A DNA stretch of 64,000 nt from Terriglobia bacterium (GCA_963664115.2 CAXWPJ010000012.1:256001-320000); one strand, 5' to 3'. Numbered from the stretch's first letter, positions 38,293 to 48,794 are shown. Numbers and translations: made by a program. The notes: a model not told the origin generated them from the sequence alone.

Positions 38293-40821
38293 ATGGCTAA
38301 GCTGCGAGTCTATCACCTAGCACGCGAACTCAATCGCGACAATAGCGAAGTGATTCGAGAGTTACAGCACTTGGGTGCACCGGTCACATCACACTCCAAT
38401 ACGGTCGAAGACCGTATGGCGGAGCAGTTGAGAAAAACTCTCGGCGTCTTCGTCCTCGAAAAACCCAAGAAGAAGGCCAAAGCGAAGAAGGCTAAGGGAG
38501 CAGCGACCGAGACGAAACCGGATGAGAAGAAACCGGGAAAAGTAACGTCCGAGCCCAAGTTGGTCAAGGCCAAGCCAAAGCCAGTCGATCCCGTTGAAGC
38601 ACCTCAGCCATCAACCACTGCCGAAAAACCACCCGAACCGCTTGAAGTCAGGGCAGAAGCTACTAAAACTCAAGCCACCCCGGCTGCGCCGCCTCCGGTT
38701 CCGACGCTGGAAAAGCCCGCCGACACCGAGGCGGACACCAAAGCGCCGGTGGCCCCGAAACCTGCAGCCTCAGCACGGCCTGTCGAGAGACGCAAGACCA
38801 TGCAGCAGTTGGCTCAAGAGCGACTGCGTCAGCAGAATCGGCCGGTTCCCACGCCGGGTCGCAGGATCGTGCCCACACGTAGCGGACGAACCGCGCCCGT
38901 TCGCCCTGGACCCGGAAGTTCGGTTCCTTCCCGCCCCCGCGGTCCCGCAGGGCCGCGGCATGACACGCGTCGGGACCGTCCGAGGCCGACGCGGGCTCAA
39001 CGTGTCGCGCGTACGATGCAACGGCGGCCGATGCCGCAGGTCAAGCCGGAAGTAGTACGCGAGTTCCGGAGGGTCACGTTGACCGAAAACCTGACGGTCA
39101 AGGAGCTGGCCGAAAAGCTGGAAGCGCGATCCAAAGATGTCATCAAGAAACTGATGGACCGCGGGATGTTCGCGACGATCAATCAGACCCTGGACAAGGA
39201 CCTGGCCGTGGAGCTCTGCAAGGATTTCAATGCAGAAGCCGATTTCGTCACGTTTGAAGAGAGCGTGTTGCTGGAAGCGGTCGAGGTGAGCGAACCGGAG
39301 AACATGGAATTGCGCCCTCCCGTGATTACCATCATGGGACATGTCGATCACGGCAAGACTTCTCTTCTTGACGCGATCCGGGAAACGCGCGTGACCGATT
39401 CCGAACACGGGGGCATTACCCAGCATATCGGGGCATACCAAGTTCAGGTGGGTGAGCGCAAGCTTACGTTCCTCGACACTCCCGGTCATGAAGCATTCAC
39501 CCTGATGAGAGCACGTGGCGCATCGGTCACCGACGTCGTCATTCTCGTGGTGGCGGCCGACGACGGCGTCATGCCCCAGACCCTGGAGTCGATTTCCCAT
39601 ACGAAGGCGGCCAACGTCCCTCTTCTGGTTGCGATCAACAAGATCGATGTTCCGAACGCCGATGTCGAACGGGTCAAACGCGAGCTTGCCGAGAAGGAAC
39701 TCCTGGCTGAAGACTGGGGTGGGGACACTGTCATGGTCGAAGTTTCAGCCAAGCAAAAGACCAACCTCGATCTCCTGCTGGAAATGATCCTGCTCGTTGT
39801 CGATATGCGGCAGCTCAAAGGAGACCCGAATTTCCCGGCAATGGGCACGGCTCTTGAAGCGAAACTGGACAAGGGGCGTGGAAACGTCGCGACCATGCTG
39901 GTCCAAAACGGCACCCTCAAAGTTGGAGACAACTTCATTGTCGGTGCGGTGTATGGCAAGGTTCGTGCGATGTATGACGATAAGGGAAATCAGGTCGACA
40001 CTGCGGGCCCGTCGGTTCCAGTGGAAGTGCTCGGTCTTCAAGGACTCCCAATGGCCGGCGACTCTTTCCAGGTGATTACGGACGACACGAAAGCTCGCCA
40101 AATATCACAGTTCCGTCAGGAGCAGTTGCGCGACGTAGAGCTTGCGAAAAAGTCCCGTATGACCTTGGATCAGCTGCATGTCCGGATGGAAAAGGGCGAA
40201 GTCAAGGAAGTCCCGATCGTCCTGAAGGGCGATGTGCAGGGTTCGACAGAGGTCCTGACTGAAATGCTGAACAAGCTCGAAACAGCGAAGGTCAAGGTTC
40301 GGATCATACACGCCGCTGTCGGCGCGATCACCGAGTACGATGTACTGCTTGCAGCGACTTCGAATGCGATTATCGTCGGCTTCAATGTTCGTCCCGAGAA
40401 AAAAGCTGCCGCAATTGCGGTCCACGAGAACGTCGACATCCGATTGCACACCGTCATCTACCACGTGGTGGACGAAATGAAGCAGGCGATGGTGGGTGTC
40501 TTGGATCCGGTTACGAAAGAAACGTACATGGGGGCTGCGGAGGTTCGCGACACCTTCCGCGTTCCGAAGATCGGAACCATTGCCGGCAGTTACGTTACCG
40601 ATGGCCGACTTGCCCGTAACACGCAAGTCAGATTGTTGCGCGACAACGTCGTCATTTTCGAAGGCAGGATTGGATCGCTGAAACGATTCAAGGACGACGC
40701 CGCCGAGGTCCGATCCGGCTACGAATGTGGCATCGGAATACAGGGCTACAACGACGTCAAAGTCGGAGACGTTATTGAAGCCTTCTCCACTGAGCAAATC
40801 GCTGCCGAGATTGGAATTTAA
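38293..40821 (+). CDS. infB: Translation initiation factor IF-2
   Basis: RVYHLAREL N-terminus; MGHVDHGKTSLLD, GGITQHIGAY and DTPGHEAF motifs. Confidence 0.98.
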   Translation: MAKLRVYHLARELNRDNSEVIRELQHLGAPVTSHSNTVEDRMAEQLRKTLGVFVLEKPKKKAKAKKAKGAATETKPDEKKPGKVTSEPKLVKAKPKPVDPVEAPQPSTTAEKPPEPLEVRAEATKTQATPAAPPPVPTLEKPADTEADTKAPVAPKPAASARPVERRKTMQQLAQERLRQQNRPVPTPGRRIVPTRSGRTAPVRPGPGSSVPSRPRGPAGPRHDTRRDRPRPTRAQRVARTMQRRPMPQVKPEVVREFRRVTLTENLTVKELAEKLEARSKDVIKKLMDRGMFATINQTLDKDLAVELCKDFNAEADFVTFEESVLLEAVEVSEPENMELRPPVITIMGHVDHGKTSLLDAIRETRVTDSEHGGITQHIGAYQVQVGERKLTFLDTPGHEAFTLMRARGASVTDVVILVVAADDGVMPQTLESISHTKAANVPLLVAINKIDVPNADVERVKRELAEKELLAEDWGGDTVMVEVSAKQKTNLDLLLEMILLVVDMRQLKGDPNFPAMGTALEAKLDKGRGNVATMLVQNGTLKVGDNFIVGAVYGKVRAMYDDKGNQVDTAGPSVPVEVLGLQGLPMAGDSFQVITDDTKARQISQFRQEQLRDVELAKKSRMTLDQLHVRMEKGEVKEVPIVLKGDVQGSTEVLTEMLNKLETAKVKVRIIHAAVGAITEYDVLLAATSNAIIVGFNVRPEKKAAAIAVHENVDIRLHTVIYHVVDEMKQAMVGVLDPVTKETYMGAAEVRDTFRVPKIGTIAGSYVTDGRLARNTQVRLLRDNVVIFEGRIGSLKRFKDDAAEVRSGYECGIGIQGYNDVKVGDVIEAFSTEQIAAEIGI

Positions 40822-40841
40822 GCCGCAGCTTTCGCTCGGGA

Positions 40842-40917
40842 AAGTAATGAGTTAAGAGTGAATCTAGTTTGCAAATGCGCGACACTCTTAACTGGTAACT
40901 TTCAACTCTCAACTTCT
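40842..40917. repeat. Heptamer-periodic inverted repeat, copy 2
   Basis: AGTAATG-AGTTAAG-AGTG ... CACTCTT-AACTGGT-AACTTTC-AACTCTC-AACTTCT. Confidence 0.7.
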
Positions 40918-40922
40918 TTCTC

Positions 40923-41204
40923 ATGCATATCGGGCTGCTCCAACTCGACGTCCATATCCCCTACGCGCATTCTCTAAAAGATAAACGAATGGCCTTGCGA
41001 AGCCTGAAGGATCGCTTGCGCAAACGCTACAACGTTTCTATTTCTGAACTGGACCATCAGGACCTCTGGCAACGCGCAGCGGTCGGCATCGTCAGCATTG
41101 GTCCCGATGCAGGCTACCTGAAAACACAATTGAACCTGGCCCTCGATGAAGTCGAGCGGATTTTGCCCGATTGTACGGTAAACGGCAGTATCGAGTTCCT
41201 GTAA
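40923..41204 (+). CDS. DUF503 (YlxP-like) protein
   Basis: HSLKDKR, NVSISE and DLWQRA motifs; conserved position between infB and rbfA. Confidence 0.9.
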   Translation: MHIGLLQLDVHIPYAHSLKDKRMALRSLKDRLRKRYNVSISELDHQDLWQRAAVGIVSIGPDAGYLKTQLNLALDEVERILPDCTVNGSIEFL

Positions 41205-41560
41205 TGGCTGAAAAGATAAGATTGGATCGCCTGGCTCAACAGCTGAGGACCGAACTCGACGCGCTGATCGAAAGCGAGATCGACGATCCGCGTGTGGACA
41301 TGGTTCGAGTAACGCATGTCCGTGTCTCAAACGATATGAGATACGCTCGCGTCTATTTCAACACATTGGGGAGTGATGGAGAGCGCACGACGGCTCTCGA
41401 AGGGCTTGAATCCGCCAAGGGTTTTCTGCGAAGACAGTTGAGTCACCGGCTGGGCCACCTCAAGAAAACTCCGGAACTGACCTTCGACTACGACGAGTCC
41501 GTCGAAAAGGAAATGAGGATCGAAGAGCTTCTGGCTCAAATTGATTCCGGGGAACGATGA
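41204..41560 (+). CDS. rbfA: Ribosome-binding factor A
   Basis: DPRV, VSNDMRYARVY, AKGFLR and PELTFDYD motifs. Start at 41204 (TAATG overlap). Confidence 0.95.
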   Translation: MAEKIRLDRLAQQLRTELDALIESEIDDPRVDMVRVTHVRVSNDMRYARVYFNTLGSDGERTTALEGLESAKGFLRRQLSHRLGHLKKTPELTFDYDESVEKEMRIEELLAQIDSGER

Positions 41561-42555
41561 TCCAGCAAGTCGTCGAAACTATTCAGTCGCATACGGACTT
41601 TCTCATCGTCAGCCACGTGCGTCCCGATGGCGACTCCCTGGGTTCCCAGCTCGCGCTCGCCTTGATCCTTCAATCACTCGGAAAGAACGTCGAAATACTG
41701 AGTCGGGACCCCGTACCCGCCCGCTATGTTTCCCTGCCTGGTGCCGACCAGGTTCGCGTGGCCAGTCGCCGGGTAAATTCCCGAGAGGTAACGTTCATCC
41801 TTGAATGCGGCAACCTCAACCGTCCGGGAATCGCCGGATTAGATCAGGGCTTCATCGTCAACATCGACCACCACCACTCCACGAAACCGTTTGGAAACGT
41901 AAATTGGATCGAACCCTCCGCTTGCGCGGTCGGCCAGATGATCTATCGCCTCATGAAAGCTCTGCACGTCAGGATGACGCCCGAGATTGCGACAAACATA
42001 TACGTTGCTGTACTGACGGATACCGGTTCGTTCCAGTTTTCATCGACAACCGGCGATACGTTCCGGCTGGCGGCTGAACTGGCAGACCATGGCGCCGACG
42101 TATCTGAAATCGCAAAGCGAATGTTCCATACCAATCCGATTCAGAAGGTGCGCGCAATGGGGAAGATCCTGAACGCGATGGAGTTCCATGCCAGTAGCAG
42201 AGTCGTCTCCACCGTACTCGGGCAGGATGACCTGGGGCTTGCGGACGACGACGACATCGAAGGCCTGGTGAACTATCCGCTGACGATCGCCGGAATCGAA
42301 GTTGCCGTACTTCTTCGCGAACTGGAGGACGGTTCGTTTCGCGTCAGCATGCGGTCGAAGAACGAAGTCGACGTGTCCATGGTTGCTGCTAAATTCGGTG
42401 GCGGTGGGCACCGCAAAGCCGCGGGGTGTCAGATGGTGGGTTCGCTCGCCGCCGTGCAATTACAGATCGTTTCTTCGATTCAAAGCGAAATGGACTCCGT
42501 GTCTTCCCCTGTGAGCTCACCTGAGTATCTTGGATCTGATTTGAAGTCCAGTTGA
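41557..42555 (+). CDS. nrnA: DHH/DHHA1 bifunctional oligoribonuclease/PAP phosphatase
   Basis: HVRPDGDSLGS, IDHH, TDTGSF and GGGH motifs. Confidence 0.9.
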   Translation: MIQQVVETIQSHTDFLIVSHVRPDGDSLGSQLALALILQSLGKNVEILSRDPVPARYVSLPGADQVRVASRRVNSREVTFILECGNLNRPGIAGLDQGFIVNIDHHHSTKPFGNVNWIEPSACAVGQMIYRLMKALHVRMTPEIATNIYVAVLTDTGSFQFSSTTGDTFRLAAELADHGADVSEIAKRMFHTNPIQKVRAMGKILNAMEFHASSRVVSTVLGQDDLGLADDDDIEGLVNYPLTIAGIEVAVLLRELEDGSFRVSMRSKNEVDVSMVAAKFGGGGHRKAAGCQMVGSLAAVQLQIVSSIQSEMDSVSSPVSSPEYLGSDLKSS

Positions 42556-43394
42556 ACGGCGTCCTCATCATCGACAAGCCAGGGGGAATGACGTCCCACG
42601 ATGTCGTCAGCCGCATTCGAAAACGGCTGAACACCCGCCGGGTCGGGCATCTGGGCACTCTCGACCCCGGGGCAACGGGAGTGCTTCCGTTGACACTCGG
42701 TAAAGCCACGCGCCTGGCGCGCTTCATTGCGTCTTCACCCAAGGAATACACCGGCGAGATCCGTTTGGGATGGGCGACAACGACATGCGATGCCGAGGGT
42801 GATCCGCTGGAGGAACCGAAATCTGTCGCAGTCAGTCGTGAGGCTCTGTTGGAGGCGATGGCCTCACTCACGGGGACGATCCGACAGGTCCCACCGGCCT
42901 ATTCCGCAAAAAAAGTCGAGGGCGTAAGAGCCTACAAACTCGCGCGTAAAGGCCGTCATGTGGACCTGGAACCGGTTTCGGTCGAGATCCAGGCTTTCGA
43001 TCTCGAAACCTTCGAAGCAGGGCTGCTCACGTTCAGGGTAGTCTGTTCGACCGGAACCTATATCCGAAGCATGGCCCGGGACCTCGGCGAGCGACTCGAA
43101 ACGGGCGGACACCTGTTCTCTCTCCGAAGGACTCGGGCCGGGGCGTTCGACATCGGGCAAGCGATTGGACCCGACGCCGCATCCTGGAATGACGTCATTC
43201 CTCCGGAGCAACTGATGGCTGATCTGGCCCGGATTGACGTCGGACCAGAGCTTGAAAACCTCATCCGGAACGGACGGGCGATTCCGACCGACCAAGAGAG
43301 GTCACCCCTCCGCATCTTCAACAAAAAAGGCCAACTTATAGCCATTGCAGCCCTTGATAAGGGTTGGGCACACCCTCAAGTTGTGTTAATCTAA
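42552..43394 (+). CDS. truB: tRNA pseudouridine(55) synthase
   Basis: [26 protein letters not shown] and GTYIRS motifs. Confidence 0.96.
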   Translation: MNGVLIIDKPGGMTSHDVVSRIRKRLNTRRVGHLGTLDPGATGVLPLTLGKATRLARFIASSPKEYTGEIRLGWATTTCDAEGDPLEEPKSVAVSREALLEAMASLTGTIRQVPPAYSAKKVEGVRAYKLARKGRHVDLEPVSVEIQAFDLETFEAGLLTFRVVCSTGTYIRSMARDLGERLETGGHLFSLRRTRAGAFDIGQAIGPDAASWNDVIPPEQLMADLARIDVGPELENLIRNGRAIPTDQERSPLRIFNKKGQLIAIAALDKGWAHPQVVLI

Positions 43395-43428
43395 ATCTTC
43401 AAATTTTAGGGAGAAAATAAGTAAAAGA

Positions 43429-43698
43429 ATGGCTCTGACGACGGAATCCAAAGGCTCGATAATCGACCAATATCGAATCCATCCTTCGGATACGGGGTCG
43501 CCCGAAGTTCAGATCGCGATACTCAGTGAAAGAATTACTTACCTGACTGAGCATTTCAAGACACACAAGAAGGATCATGCCTCCCGCCGAGGACTGCTGA
43601 AACTTGTCGGCCGACGGCGGCGCCTGCTTGAGTACCTCAAACGACACGAAGTGGGTCGTTACAAAGAGGTCATTCAAAAGCTTGGGCTCCGCAAGTAG
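43429..43698 (+). CDS. rpsO: 30S ribosomal protein S15
   Basis: [10 protein letters not shown] and [12 protein letters not shown] motifs. Confidence 0.98.
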   Translation: MALTTESKGSIIDQYRIHPSDTGSPEVQIAILSERITYLTEHFKTHKKDHASRRGLLKLVGRRRRLLEYLKRHEVGRYKEVIQKLGLRK

Positions 43699-43867
43699 CT
43701 TGGCCAGATCCTGTCCAAGAACTCCGTTCGACCAGTCCAACCCAGTTAAATATGGCATCCCAAAACTATATTTTTGGGAGTAAGTCAACGGTCCTGAGCA
43801 TGGAGCGATCCGTCGTTTCTTGCCTCAGCCCCGCGTCGGTGCCGCTGAAAAGGAAGTTCACACAACT

Positions 43868-45994
43868 ATGAATATTCATAAAGTAAGTCGAATGGTCGGC
43901 AACCGGGAGTTGTCGATCGAAATTGGAAAACTCGCCACTCAGGCCGATGGTGCCGCATACATCCGTTATGGAGATACAGTCGTCCTCGTCACCGCGTGTG
44001 GTGCCAAGGAAGCCAGCGCGAACGCTCACTTCTTTCCGCTCACCTGCGACCACAAAGAAAATTTCTACGCTGCCGGGAAAATTCCTGGGGGCTTTTTCAA
44101 ACGTGAAGGCAGACCTGGAGAGCGCGAGGTTCTCACCAGCCGCATGATCGACAGGCCGATTCGACCGTTGTTTCCCGAGGGCTATCGAAACGAAACACAG
44201 GTCATCGCAAATGTCCTCTCAGCCGACGAGGACAACGACCCGTCAGCATTGAGTATCATAGGCGCATCGACGGCACTCTACCTTTCCGTCCTTCCGTTCA
44301 CCCAGCCGATCGCTGCGGTACGCGTCGGATTGATCGATGGCGAATACCTGATCAACCCGACCTACGCCCAGATGGAAGAAAGCCAGATGAACCTGATCGT
44401 TGCCGGGACGAGCGAAGGTGTCACGATGGTCGAGGCCGGAGCGAAAGAGGTATCAGAAGAGGCGATGATCGAAGCGATAGCCTTCGGCCACAACGTAGTC
44501 AAAGAGATCATCGAGATGGAACAGGAACTCTACGACAAGATTCGGCCTGAAAAAATAACATTTCAATTGCCCGCGGTGAGTGAAGACGTCGAGAGCAAGG
44601 TCGAAACTCTTATCCGTGAAGAACTCACGGATGCGCTAGACACTCAAAAGTACGACAAACTTACCAGCTATGCGAAAGTGGACAACGCCAAAGCCAAGAC
44701 TATTGAAAGCTTTGGTGAGGCTGACGAAGAAACGCTGAAAGAAGTGAAAAGCGCGTTCAGCGAACTCAAAGAGAAGATCTTTCGGGACCAGATTCTCCAC
44801 AACAACACACGCCCCGACCGCCGGGCAACCGACGAGATCCGCCCCATCTGGATTGAGACCGGCGTTTTACCGCGAACCCACGGTTCGGCAATTTTCACTC
44901 GGGGAGAAACCCAGGCGCTGGTAACGACGACACTGGGAACTTCGAACGATGCTCAAAGGATGGACCGCTTGGATGGTGAGTTTTTCAAACGATTCCTGAT
45001 GCATTACAACTTCCCTCCGTTTTCGGTGGGTGAAGTGCGCCGGATGATGGGAACAAGCCGACGTGAAATGGGACATGGCAACCTTGCCGAGCAGGCGATC
45101 CTGCCCATGCTCCCGAGCGAAGAAGACTTCCCGTATACGGTCCGCGTAGTATCCGAGATTCTGGAATCCAACGGATCTTCATCAATGGCAACAGTTTGTG
45201 GAGCGAGTCTGGCCTTGATGGAAGCCGGTGTTCCGATCAAGCGCTCTGTTGCGGGAGTCGCGATGGGATTGGTGTCGGAAGGCGACAAGTATGCGGTACT
45301 GAGCGACATTGCAGGCGCTGAAGACCACTATGGCGACATGGACTTCAAGGTCGCAGGAACTCGCGACGGCATCACCTCCTTGCAAATGGACATCAAGATC
45401 ACGAACGTCACGTTCGAAATTATGTCCAAGGCCATGGATCAGGCCAAAGGCGGCCGGATGCACATCCTCGACAAGATGGACTCGGCTATTACCACTCACA
45501 AGGAAGACATTTCCCCCTACGCCCCCAGGATCCATACGCTCAAGATACCTGTTGATAAGATTCGGGACGTGATCGGCCCGGGCGGCAAAATGATTCGCTC
45601 AATTGTGGAACGGACCGGCGTCAAAATCGACGTCAACGACGACGGCACGGTCAATGTCGCGTCCTCTGATGGGCCGTCGGCCCTGAAGGCCATCGGGATT
45701 ATTGAAGACCTCACCGCCACTCCGGAGGTGGGTAAGACTTATCTCGGTAAAGTGGTGCGCATTGTGGACTTTGGTGCTTTCGTGGAAATTTTCCCGGGCA
45801 CGGATGGACTGCTCCACATCTCAGAAATCGCTGAGCACCGTATCCGCGAGGTTCGCGACGAGCTCAACGAAGGCGACCAGTTGATGGTGAAGGTCATCGC
45901 AATGGAAGGCAACAAGGTCAAGCTCTCACGCAGGGCGGTCCTTAAAGACCAGAAGGCGAAGGCCGTAGCCGAGGCAGATACCAGCAAAGAATAG
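43868..45994 (+). CDS. pnp: Polyribonucleotide nucleotidyltransferase
   Basis: GKIPGGFFKREGRP, HGSAIFTRGETQ, SNGSSSMA and GDMDFKVAG motifs; KH and S1 domains. Start moved to ATG 43868. Confidence 0.98.
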   Translation: MNIHKVSRMVGNRELSIEIGKLATQADGAAYIRYGDTVVLVTACGAKEASANAHFFPLTCDHKENFYAAGKIPGGFFKREGRPGEREVLTSRMIDRPIRPLFPEGYRNETQVIANVLSADEDNDPSALSIIGASTALYLSVLPFTQPIAAVRVGLIDGEYLINPTYAQMEESQMNLIVAGTSEGVTMVEAGAKEVSEEAMIEAIAFGHNVVKEIIEMEQELYDKIRPEKITFQLPAVSEDVESKVETLIREELTDALDTQKYDKLTSYAKVDNAKAKTIESFGEADEETLKEVKSAFSELKEKIFRDQILHNNTRPDRRATDEIRPIWIETGVLPRTHGSAIFTRGETQALVTTTLGTSNDAQRMDRLDGEFFKRFLMHYNFPPFSVGEVRRMMGTSRREMGHGNLAEQAILPMLPSEEDFPYTVRVVSEILESNGSSSMATVCGASLALMEAGVPIKRSVAGVAMGLVSEGDKYAVLSDIAGAEDHYGDMDFKVAGTRDGITSLQMDIKITNVTFEIMSKAMDQAKGGRMHILDKMDSAITTHKEDISPYAPRIHTLKIPVDKIRDVIGPGGKMIRSIVERTGVKIDVNDDGTVNVASSDGPSALKAIGIIEDLTATPEVGKTYLGKVVRIVDFGAFVEIFPGTDGLLHISEIAEHRIREVRDELNEGDQLMVKVIAMEGNKVKLSRRAVLKDQKAKAVAEADTSKE

Positions 45995-46002
45995 CGGCCG
46001 TG

Positions 46003-46047
46003 ATCAGGGACGGAGGAATCTCTTAGAGAAATGTCTCCGTCCCTGAT
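46003..46047. terminator. REP-like palindrome and probable terminator between convergent genes
   Basis: ATCAGGGACGGAG...CTCCGTCCCTGAT (13-bp stem) followed by TTT. Confidence 0.6.
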
Positions 46048-46049
46048 TT

Positions 46050-46340
46050 TCAGTCGAGGTCGATATCCCGGATCGGCGTCTCCAACTCGTCGACACGCTC
46101 CATGGCCTCTTCGAACTTCAGGTTGATGAGATCCTTGCGGCCTTTCTCTTTCTCGAACGCCTGATCAAACCTCTCCGAAGCCGTCTCCTGATTCTTTCTA
46201 ACCTGGCTCACGGCATCCTCAAACGAAACGGTTTTCTGCTCGGGCTGTTTCGTAAACAGTACATCTCCGGTAACGGAATCGACGGTCAAGGCAGCGTCAC
46301 AGCACGTGCATCGGACCTGCAGTTTGTTTCTTTCCGCCAT
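46050..46340 (-). CDS. Small hypothetical protein with CxCC motif and charged helical C-terminus
   Basis: VRCTCCDAALTVD...TGDVL; ends PIRDIDLD. Confidence 0.7.
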   Translation of the reverse strand: MAERNKLQVRCTCCDAALTVDSVTGDVLFTKQPEQKTVSFEDAVSQVRKNQETASERFDQAFEKEKGRKDLINLKFEEAMERVDELETPIRDIDLD

Positions 46341-46390
46341 GTTTTTAGTATAGCCGGACGGGGAGTTAACAGTTATGAGTTAAAAGCACC

Positions 46391-46464
46391 ATCAGGGGAC
46401 GGACACTTCAGGCGAAATACACCCGCCCGGCCGCAATGTCGCATGAAGTGTCCGTCCCTAATTT
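46391..46464. repeat. REP-like palindrome related to 46003-46047
   Basis: GGGACGGACACTTCA...TGAAGTGTCCGTCCC (15-bp stem). Confidence 0.65.
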
Positions 46465-46467
46465 CAA

Positions 46468-48213
46468 CTACTTCCAATACTCATCCCATCTGCGATCCAC
46501 CAACTTTACGGTGTCCTCATCCATTTCCAGCGGCGCGGGATAGCCTTCCTTCCACGTGGCATCTATTCCGACGCATCCGCTATATACCGGACGGGCTCCC
46601 ACGAACTCCTGCTTCTCGAAGATCATGTCACGGGCCGGATCGAAGCGCGTAAATATGCCCCACTGCAAGTTCTCGTCGTCCTCCAGATCGACGTCGGGGC
46701 TGACTGCCACGATGAAACCGACATCAAGCGAAGCCTTGATCAAGCCCTCGAGCACCTCCCGTGCTCCCTGGCTGACAACGACGATCAACCATCCGCCGTC
46801 AAGAAGCTTCCAGCCTTCGACGCGGGGATCAAAGCGATCGGGAGCATCCCTGAGCACAGGGGGATCAGCCTGCAACACCGGACCTGTTGCGTCAATGACC
46901 AGCTTGCTGCCCACGTGCATTTTGAACGAGGTGAAATCCAGTGTGTCGAGCGGCGCCACGGGGAGCAACAGAACACGATCATCCAGTTTGCTGCGATGCC
47001 AGACCTCGGTAAGGACTCGACGGAAATCAGCGGGATTCTGGTCCCCCCTGACGAGAATCATCACTTTCGTAAGAGACAACTGCCCTGTCCCGAGTAAGGA
47101 CATCGCCGTTTTCAGTACTTCACGGGGATGACGCTCCTCAACAGCAACAACAAGAAGGTTATGAAAGCCGGCTCCGACGTAGGCGTGCATATGAACGACG
47201 TTAGGATTGATCAATCGAATCAGCGGACCGATCATCCGGCCGGCCGCCATGCCGATAAACTTGTCCTCCTGCGGGGGCTTGCCAACAACGGTCGCAACAT
47301 AAATAGGGTTTTGCCGCCGCGTCAACCGTCGCACATGAAACACCGGGAACTCGGCCGCGTCTGAATAGTGTCCGAAGTGGTCCCCGAAAGGCCCTTCGAC
47401 GCGACGTTCGCCCACCGGCACAACACCTTCCAGAACGAATTCGGCATCGGAGGGCACCAGGGCATGGATCGAGGTCGCCGGTGTCATCCTAATGCCGCGT
47501 CCCATCAAGAAACCCGCAAAAGCCACTTCGTCCATGTCCTCGGGAAGGGGCAGTATGGCCGCTATCATGAGGATGGGGTTGGCGCCGATGACAACCGCTA
47601 CTTCGAGGTCTTCCCCGCGCCGCTCCGCTTCCCAGTAGTGTCCCCGGCCGCCTTTCATACTCTGCCAGTGCATTCCGGTCGAGCTTTGATCGAAGACCTG
47701 CATGCGATACAGACCGAAGTTTCGACGCTTCGTCTCCGGATGTCGCGTGATGACCCCACCGTAGGTAATGAATCTTCCCGCATCACCGGGCCAGCACTGC
47801 ACTACCGGTAAGCGATCGAGATCGGGCGTCTCGATCACCTCCTGGCATGCAGCCTGACTTCTGGATCGGGGTTGTGACAGCAGAGCCTTGGCGATGGTCC
47901 GTCGTGACGCCCAGAGCTTGCCAAGAGACGGTGGGTTGATGCTCCCGGCTGCGGCAAGCAGTTCCTCTGCCACACCCTCGGGCTCACGACCCAGTGCGTC
48001 GACCACCCGTTCCTCGGTTCCAAACAGGTTCATCAACAGTGGGAACTGCGATCCGGCGGGACGCTCGAACAAAAGGGCCGGCCCCCCTTCGTTCAAGACG
48101 CGCTGGGCTATTTCACCGGCTTCCAGTATGGGATTGACCTCGGCACGGATGCGGCGCAGCTCGCCCTTCGCTTCAAGATAGGCTACGAATTCCTGCAGAC
48201 TGTCGAAAGGCAT
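46468..48213 (-). CDS. UbiD-family prFMN-dependent decarboxylase (menaquinone futalosine-pathway type)
   Basis: GPALLFE, RNFGLYRMQ, EGPFGDHFGHY, VGKPPQED and GIDATWK motifs. Start moved to 48213. Confidence 0.9.
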   Translation of the reverse strand: MPFDSLQEFVAYLEAKGELRRIRAEVNPILEAGEIAQRVLNEGGPALLFERPAGSQFPLLMNLFGTEERVVDALGREPEGVAEELLAAAGSINPPSLGKLWASRRTIAKALLSQPRSRSQAACQEVIETPDLDRLPVVQCWPGDAGRFITYGGVITRHPETKRRNFGLYRMQVFDQSSTGMHWQSMKGGRGHYWEAERRGEDLEVAVVIGANPILMIAAILPLPEDMDEVAFAGFLMGRGIRMTPATSIHALVPSDAEFVLEGVVPVGERRVEGPFGDHFGHYSDAAEFPVFHVRRLTRRQNPIYVATVVGKPPQEDKFIGMAAGRMIGPLIRLINPNVVHMHAYVGAGFHNLLVVAVEERHPREVLKTAMSLLGTGQLSLTKVMILVRGDQNPADFRRVLTEVWHRSKLDDRVLLLPVAPLDTLDFTSFKMHVGSKLVIDATGPVLQADPPVLRDAPDRFDPRVEGWKLLDGGWLIVVVSQGAREVLEGLIKASLDVGFIVAVSPDVDLEDDENLQWGIFTRFDPARDMIFEKQEFVGARPVYSGCVGIDATWKEGYPAPLEMDEDTVKLVDRRWDEYWK

Positions 48214-48260
48214 GAAGAATAGTCCAGACGGTCGCACGAAACTCTAGCAGTCCGTGGCGG

Positions 48261-48348
48261 CCAGCACGACAGTGCATATTACCCAGCACGACAGTGCATA
48301 TTACCCAGCACGACAGTGCATATTACCCAGCACGACAGTGCATATTAC
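48261..48348. repeat. Perfect tandem repeat, 4 x 22 bp (CCAGCACGACAGTGCATATTAC)
   Basis: Four identical contiguous units in the divergent ubiD/CHAT intergenic region. Confidence 0.97.
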
Positions 48349-48794
48349 AACGTAGCGCCAGAGCGCGACGGCTTTTCCGGAACCTAATTGAGGTCAAGCG
48401 TCACCTCCACTTCAGAGCGACCTCCGACGGCGGTGAGCGCTACTAAATCGCGATTTCGGCGAGGGTGCAACAAGCGCTTGGCATTTAATAAAGACACGCA
48501 GGCCATTTCCGGACTAATGCTCTGATCAACTCCTGCCGATATACCGACTAAGGGTATTTTCGGCCTGCACGAATCTGTGGGGATGCCTGTGTGGGACCAA
48601 AGCCCAGGGTGCGCACATATGCATATATATCAATTACATAGGAGAATTAATGGGCGCCAGAGCGCCCTCAGCAATAGCCCTAGGACTAAGCCGGTTTTTG
48701 GCACAGACGAATTTTTAGCGTTGCACCGGAATCGACGATGAAACAGAATGGAGCACCTTTCATGATGAAAGCAGCGAGATACACGGAGGGAACC

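Noticed and set aside
38151-38300. 49-codon ORF between nusA and infB as YlxR or L7Ae
   Set aside because: No RxCxxC or GRGAY motif and no L7Ae similarity, so there is no support for coding.
48261-48348. 4 x 22-bp array as a CRISPR array or an active plasmid origin
   Set aside because: The units are contiguous with no spacers, there are no cas or rep genes, and the surroundings are chromosomal housekeeping genes.
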